Of a stretch of 64,000 nt of DNA, positions 58,975-64,000 are shown one piece after another. The stretch covers positions 34,897 through 98,896 of the forward strand of contig CAZALD010000013.1 of NCBI GenBank assembly GCA_964486185.1, read 5' to 3'. Positions within the stretch are counted from its first letter, which is position 1, and every line of letters begins with the position of its first letter. Made by a program: the position numbers and the translations under genes. The DNA is from an uncultured Saprospiraceae bacterium. Lineage in GTDB: Bacteria > Bacteroidota > Bacteroidia > Chitinophagales > Saprospiraceae. A model generated the notes under the pieces. It had not been told where the DNA came from. It ran no database searches and was given only the letters and a program-made list of their open reading frames with translations.

Positions 58975-61800
58975 ATGACCAAACCAAAAGCCATAGATTC
59001 CAGGCAATTTATCGAAATAAAAGGTGCACGGGCAAATAATTTAAATAATATTGATGTCCAGCTGCCTAAAAATAAACTAGTGGTTGTGACCGGGGTATCG
59101 GGTTCTGGTAAATCGTCATTAATTATAGATACCCTGTACGCTGAAGGACAGAGACGTTATGTGGAAAGTCTCTCGGCGTATGCCCGGCAATTTCTCAACC
59201 GAATGAAAAAGCCGGATGTTGATTATATTAAAGGACTTTGTCCGGCCATTGCCATCGAACAAAGGGTAACTACCAGCAATGCGCGTTCTACAGTTGGCTC
59301 ATTAACAGAGATTTATGATTTTTTGAGGTTATTATTTGCTCGTTTGGGAAGGACCTATTCACCTGAAAGCGGCATCGAAGTAAAAAAACATGAAGTCCGG
59401 GATGTCGTAGATTTTGTAATTGGTCAGGAAAAAAAGAAAAAAGTCTATATAGCCTTTAAAATTCAACAACAATATCCTGAACGAAAATTTGAAAAAGAAC
59501 TAAATGTGCTTTCTCAAAAAGGATTTTCCAGGATTTTCTGGAATCAGCAACTTCAACAAATAGATGAAGTCCTCAAGTCGAAAACCCCTGAATTAAAAAA
59601 ATCAGTAACCGATGTCTTGATTAATACTTGTGCTATCGTAGTTGACAGGATTATTGTCAATGAGGTCGATGAGGAGTTTAAAAAAAGAATTGCGGATTCT
59701 ATACTTACGGCGTTTGCAGAGAGCCAGGGAGAATGTCTGATCATCATCGATGAGCTTCAGGTTTATCCATTTTCCTCCCGTTTTGAATTGGATGGTATCA
59801 TCTTTCCGGAGCCGACCCCACAGTTTTTTAATTATAATAATTCATATGGTGCCTGTCCGGTTTGTGAAGGATATGGTCGAATCATTGGTATTGATGAAAA
59901 CAAGGTCATTCCAGATCCATCAAAAACGATATATGAAGGGGCAATAGCCTGTTGGTCTGGTGAAAAAGTCAGTGAATGGCTCGATCCGTTATTTGGTATT
60001 GCTTCCAAAATTAATTTTCCTTTACACCTGCCTTACCGTAAATTGGACAAAAACCAAATAGACATTCTCTGGCATGGTAAAGATTCATTTAAAGGGATTT
60101 ATGCCTTTTTTAAAGAACTTGAAGAGAAGTTGTATAAAATCCAAAACAGAATTCTCCTGGCCCGATACAGAGGGAGAACTACTTGTACTTCCTGTGATGG
60201 TAGCCGCTTACGTCGCGAAGCACTGAATGTAAAATTTGGTGGAAAATCGTTTCAGGATTTTATGTTTGTACCAGTTGAAGAATTATTGGAATTTTTTGCA
60301 AGCTTAAAATTATCAGATCAGGATTATAATATCGGCAAAAGGCTACTTTTGGAAATTCAAAACCGTCTGCTGGTATTGCAAAAGATTGGACTGGGGTATT
60401 TGAATCTCGATCGATTATCCAGTACATTAAGCGGCGGCGAGTCACAACGCATTCATCTGACTCGGACCCTGGGATCTAATCTGACCGCCTCCTTATATAT
60501 CCTGGACGAACCCAGCATTGGCTTACATCCAAAAGACACCTCAAAGCTGGTCGAAGCTTTATGTCATTTACGGGATTTAGGCAATACCGTTGTGGTCATC
60601 GAACACGAAGAAGAGGTCATTAAAAAGGCAGACAATATACTTGATATCGGACCCGGAGCAGGCATACATGGAGGACATGTCGTTTATAATGGTACATATG
60701 CAAATTTTATCATGCAGGCTGATTCTAATTTAACAGCATCTTATATTGCCGGAAAAAGTAAAATTCCCATACCGCTTCATCGAAAAAAAAATACCGATCA
60801 GCTTATATTGGAGGACGTAAATCTGCATAATCTTAAAGATGTTAGCGTGCATTTTCCACTACAATCGATGATTTGTGTTTCCGGTGTTTCAGGATCCGGT
60901 AAAACCAGCTTGATCAAACATGTACTTTATCCTTTACTTCAGTCCAAACTACATGATGAGATTCAGGATGACCGCCCAATGGCCAGATTAAGTGGATCGT
61001 TCAAGAGACTACAGCAGGTTGAAATGGTGAATCAACAAGGTATTGGACGTTCCTCAAGAAGTAATCCTGCAACTTATCTGAAAGCTTATGACGAAATCAG
61101 GGATATCTTTAAACAGCAACCATTATCAAAACTCAGAGGGTATTTACCCAAACATTTTTCATTTAATGTGGAAGGTGGCCGTTGCGAAAATTGTAAAGGG
61201 GACGGCGAAATAGTTGTAGAAATGCAATTCCTGGCTGATGTTACCCTGCTCTGTGAGGATTGTAACGGAAAGCGGTTTACAAATGAAATTCTGGAAGTAA
61301 AATACAAGGAAAAAAATATCTATGATATTTTGGAATTAAGTGTGGAAGAAGCCATGGCGTTTTTTGCCGATAAAAAAGACATAATAAAAAAGTTAAAACC
61401 TCTTGCCGATGTAGGCCTGTCCTATTTGAAACTTGGACAATCCTCTTCAACTTTATCCGGAGGAGAAGCACAACGATTAAAACTGGCCTATTATCTGGGA
61501 CTGGAAAGTAATGCGGATCAAATTTTTTTCATCTTTGACGAACCTACCACCGGATTGCATTTTGATGATATCAAAAAGTTGTTGTTTGCCTTACATGGTT
61601 TAGTTGAAAAGGGTCATACAGTGCTGGTCATTGAACACAATATGGATGTACTCAAGACGGCAGATTGGATTATCGATTTAGGCCCTGGAGGAGGTAAACA
61701 CGGAGGTAAATTGATTTATGAAGGACCTCCCGAAGGCTTGATACAAGTCAACGAATCCCACACCGGACGATATTTAAAAGATAAGTTGAATCTCGTATGA
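58975..61800 (+). CDS. uvrA: Excinuclease ABC subunit A
   Basis: Two ABC modules (GVSGSGKSSL twice, LSGGESQR/LSGGEAQR) and zinc modules (CPVCEGYG, CENCKGDG). The start is moved to the ATG at 58975. Confidence 0.92.
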   Translation: MTKPKAIDSRQFIEIKGARANNLNNIDVQLPKNKLVVVTGVSGSGKSSLIIDTLYAEGQRRYVESLSAYARQFLNRMKKPDVDYIKGLCPAIAIEQRVTTSNARSTVGSLTEIYDFLRLLFARLGRTYSPESGIEVKKHEVRDVVDFVIGQEKKKKVYIAFKIQQQYPERKFEKELNVLSQKGFSRIFWNQQLQQIDEVLKSKTPELKKSVTDVLINTCAIVVDRIIVNEVDEEFKKRIADSILTAFAESQGECLIIIDELQVYPFSSRFELDGIIFPEPTPQFFNYNNSYGACPVCEGYGRIIGIDENKVIPDPSKTIYEGAIACWSGEKVSEWLDPLFGIASKINFPLHLPYRKLDKNQIDILWHGKDSFKGIYAFFKELEEKLYKIQNRILLARYRGRTTCTSCDGSRLRREALNVKFGGKSFQDFMFVPVEELLEFFASLKLSDQDYNIGKRLLLEIQNRLLVLQKIGLGYLNLDRLSSTLSGGESQRIHLTRTLGSNLTASLYILDEPSIGLHPKDTSKLVEALCHLRDLGNTVVVIEHEEEVIKKADNILDIGPGAGIHGGHVVYNGTYANFIMQADSNLTASYIAGKSKIPIPLHRKKNTDQLILEDVNLHNLKDVSVHFPLQSMICVSGVSGSGKTSLIKHVLYPLLQSKLHDEIQDDRPMARLSGSFKRLQQVEMVNQQGIGRSSRSNPATYLKAYDEIRDIFKQQPLSKLRGYLPKHFSFNVEGGRCENCKGDGEIVVEMQFLADVTLLCEDCNGKRFTNEILEVKYKEKNIYDILELSVEEAMAFFADKKDIIKKLKPLADVGLSYLKLGQSSSTLSGGEAQRLKLAYYLGLESNADQIFFIFDEPTTGLHFDDIKKLLFALHGLVEKGHTVLVIEHNMDVLKTADWIIDLGPGGGKHGGKLIYEGPPEGLIQVNESHTGRYLKDKLNLV

Positions 61801-62208
61801 TCCGAACACCTGGTTGGTCGTAAACTTTCTTTTCTGTTATTTTAATCCGGTGGATGCAAGCCATCGAAGGCGTGACCATCCCAAAATAGTCATTAGAAAT
61901 CTATTCCAAGCCACTGAAAATTCAAACTATGATCACTTTTTGACATTCTGGCCTGGTGAAATTAAGACTTGGATACTTCACTGATTTCTAACGAGGAGCC
62001 TGGTCTTTATTACTTAATGGACTCCCACTATTTAGCCTGATCACAATTTTGGGAAAAATAGAAAAATGAAATTGAATCAAATGAATGTCAATTAGTTTTA
62101 TTTAATTAAATTTAGATATTATATTGATAAACAATAGCATATATATTATAAAATAAAAATTATAAAAAAATTATGTAAAAAAACTTGGTAATCTCGGCGC
62201 AGTTGTGA

Positions 62209-62216
62209 TACATTTG
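62209..62216 (+). promoter_or_regulatory. -7 box TAnnTTTG (TACATTTG), with TTG at 62185-62187, upstream of the ABC operon
   Basis: Exact motif match, 38 nt before the ATG at 62255, with an upstream TTG 21 nt away. Confidence 0.4.
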
Positions 62217-62254
62217 CAGTGTACTAATATTCTAATACACTAAAACAATAGTAT

Positions 62255-63073
62255 ATGATACAAGTTAACGATTTGAGTTTTGGTTACCAAAAAAAGAACG
62301 CTCCATTATTTGCATCCTTGAATCTTGAGCTTCAGGATGGAACCATTTGTGGTATATTAGGTAAAAACGGAGCTGGTAAAACTACTTTTTTGAGATTGGT
62401 TTCCGGATTATTATTTCCACAACAAGGTACAGCCCGGATCAATGATCAATTAAGTAAGGATCGCCATGTGGAAATGTTGACAGATTTATTTTATGTACAA
62501 GAAGAGTATATTCTTCCCGATGTACGGATGAATACTTATGTCGAATTGAATTCCAGTTTTTATCCTAAATGGGATGATGCCAAATTCCGTAATATATTGC
62601 TTGATTTTGAATTGCCGGTCAATAAAAAAATCAAAGAATTATCCTTTGGTCAGAAGAAGAAATTTTTAATAGCTTTTGCGCTTGCAACAAATTGCAGACT
62701 GTTAATACTGGACGAACCGACCAATGGTTTAGACATTCCTTCTAAAACTATTTTCAGAAAAGTAGTTTCCGCTTCGCTGCAGGAAGATCAGTGTATTTTG
62801 ATATCGACTCATCAGGTCAATGATGTTTCCAATTTATTGGATCGCATTGTAGTCATAGAAGGTGGGAAGGTAATTTTTAATCAGGATCTGTATAGCATAT
62901 CTGACAGTTACCGTTTTGAATTTTTTCCAGGTTCAACCAAACCATCGGAATATCTCTATGCGGAGCAAGTACCTGGAGGTTATATGGTCGTTACTGCAAA
63001 TACCCTGAAAACTAAAAATACGGATGTCTCTATAGAAATCCTGTTTAATGCAATTATTTCAAAATCAATTTAA
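62255..63073 (+). CDS. ABC transporter ATP-binding protein
   Basis: Walker A GKNGAGKTT, signature LSFGQKKK, Walker B LLILDEPTNGLD. Confidence 0.85.
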   Translation: MIQVNDLSFGYQKKNAPLFASLNLELQDGTICGILGKNGAGKTTFLRLVSGLLFPQQGTARINDQLSKDRHVEMLTDLFYVQEEYILPDVRMNTYVELNSSFYPKWDDAKFRNILLDFELPVNKKIKELSFGQKKKFLIAFALATNCRLLILDEPTNGLDIPSKTIFRKVVSASLQEDQCILISTHQVNDVSNLLDRIVVIEGGKVIFNQDLYSISDSYRFEFFPGSTKPSEYLYAEQVPGGYMVVTANTLKTKNTDVSIEILFNAIISKSI

Positions 63074-63093
63074 TAAAATAAAAATCTGTTGAT

Positions 63094-63861
63094 ATGAATC
63101 AAACTTTTAATATCAAACGAATTGGATGGTTAAGTAAAAAAGAATTTTACGAATCATTTCTGCCACATTTTAAAATACTGACTATTGTTGTTAGTGCCAT
63201 CGTACTAATACGATGTGTAGTCGAATATTTTACTCCATCAAACAGCACAGGAGGTGATTTCAACTATGAATCTATGTTTATCATATTCGGCTTTATTTAT
63301 ACAATTAATTCATTTCAGGAATTAAAATTACTACCGACGCGAACTGACTTTTTGGTATTGCCAGCCAGTGCTGCAGAAAAAGTTTTCGCCAAATGGTTTT
63401 TTAGTACGGTCCTATACTGGTTGGCGGTAATTATCATTTTTACCTTGTTTTATTTTATACAGAAAATCATAATCGGCGGTTTTATGGGTAAGCCATTTGA
63501 AACCTATGATTTATTATCTAAAGTAAACTTTAGCGGACTTCATTTCATAATCGTGGTCTTTAGTGTTTTCTTTTTTGGAGCCGCAACATTTAATACCGGA
63601 GCATGGTACAAAGTTATTTTATCAGCTATTTTATTAAGCCTTGTTTATCTTGCTCTGGTATTTATTTTTGCTTATATCCTATTTCCGGAAGTCAGATCGG
63701 TAATACATGGAGAATTTGAAAATGTAAAAAATTCGGCTCCTGTAGATTTGCTTCTTGAAGATTTCTGGGTCATCAAATTTGCTAAGTTTTTTCTTATATA
63801 CCTCGCTGCACCTTTCTTCTGGTATATGTCTTATTTAAAAATCAAAGAAAAGGAGGTTTAA
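63094..63861 (+). CDS. Hypothetical polytopic membrane protein (probable permease partner of the ABC ATPase)
   Basis: 6 hydrophobic segments and its position in the operon. Confidence 0.5.
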   Translation: MNQTFNIKRIGWLSKKEFYESFLPHFKILTIVVSAIVLIRCVVEYFTPSNSTGGDFNYESMFIIFGFIYTINSFQELKLLPTRTDFLVLPASAAEKVFAKWFFSTVLYWLAVIIIFTLFYFIQKIIIGGFMGKPFETYDLLSKVNFSGLHFIIVVFSVFFFGAATFNTGAWYKVILSAILLSLVYLALVFIFAYILFPEVRSVIHGEFENVKNSAPVDLLLEDFWVIKFAKFFLIYLAAPFFWYMSYLKIKEKEV

Positions 63862-63863
63862 TA

Positions 63864-64000
63864 TGGAATTTAAAAAATCATTATCAATATTCGAACAGAT
63901 AGGTATGTCAGTTCAGGAAAACATCATCAACAAAGAATGGCAGGAAGGCGAACGAATTCCTTCCGTCAGGGATTTTGCAACCAGTATTCAGGTAAATCCA
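63864..64000 (+). CDS. GntR-family (YtrA-like) transcriptional regulator, 5' partial at the window edge
   Basis: I translated it by hand from the ATG at 63864: MEFKKSLSIFEQIGMSVQENIINKEWQEGERIPSVRDFATSIQVNP. ERIPSVRDFA..VN is the GntR HTH signature. Confidence 0.7.

Overview
This window looks like an AT-rich chromosomal segment from a member of the Bacteroidota. Three things support that assignment: type A and type B T9SS C-terminal sorting domains, recurring TAnnTTTG -7 promoter boxes, and PD40/OmpA/TPR envelope proteins. I support about 57 protein-coding genes and one tRNA-Pro(CGG). I see no rRNA, CRISPR array, transposase or prophage.

Most of the content is housekeeping:
- Translation: rplM-rpsI-rpsB-tsf-pyrH, prfC, rlmI, rlmD.
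- Repair and recombination: uvrA, xerD.
- Cofactor and central metabolism: pdxA, folC, ubiX, sucB, rfbA, sod, class II HMG-CoA reductase, and a kynurenine-pathway pair (kmo-kynU).
- Cell wall and proteolysis: mtgA, clpS-aat.

The parts I would look at again:
1. A 181-bp cytosine-free GGGTGT/GAGTGT hexamer array that abuts the 5' end of tRNA-Pro and has G-quadruplex potential.
2. A tightly coupled pair of exported genes, a caspase-like C14 protease with a DUF4384-like tail plus an uncharacterised 514-aa partner, behind a 690-bp non-coding leader that carries a long inverted repeat.
3. A type B T9SS cargo gene followed at 1 nt by a 1020-aa HExxH-protease/PD40/beta-barrel chimera, in the position where a PorP/SprF gene is normally found.
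4. A YbeY-alkyltransferase-like (PAHRV) fusion flanked by two unusually large non-coding gaps, one of which holds an orphan promoter plus terminator (candidate sRNA).
5. A 1112-aa K/E-rich coiled-coil membrane protein translationally coupled to an RsbW-like kinase.

All family calls rest on motif recognition by eye. No searches or structure predictions were run.
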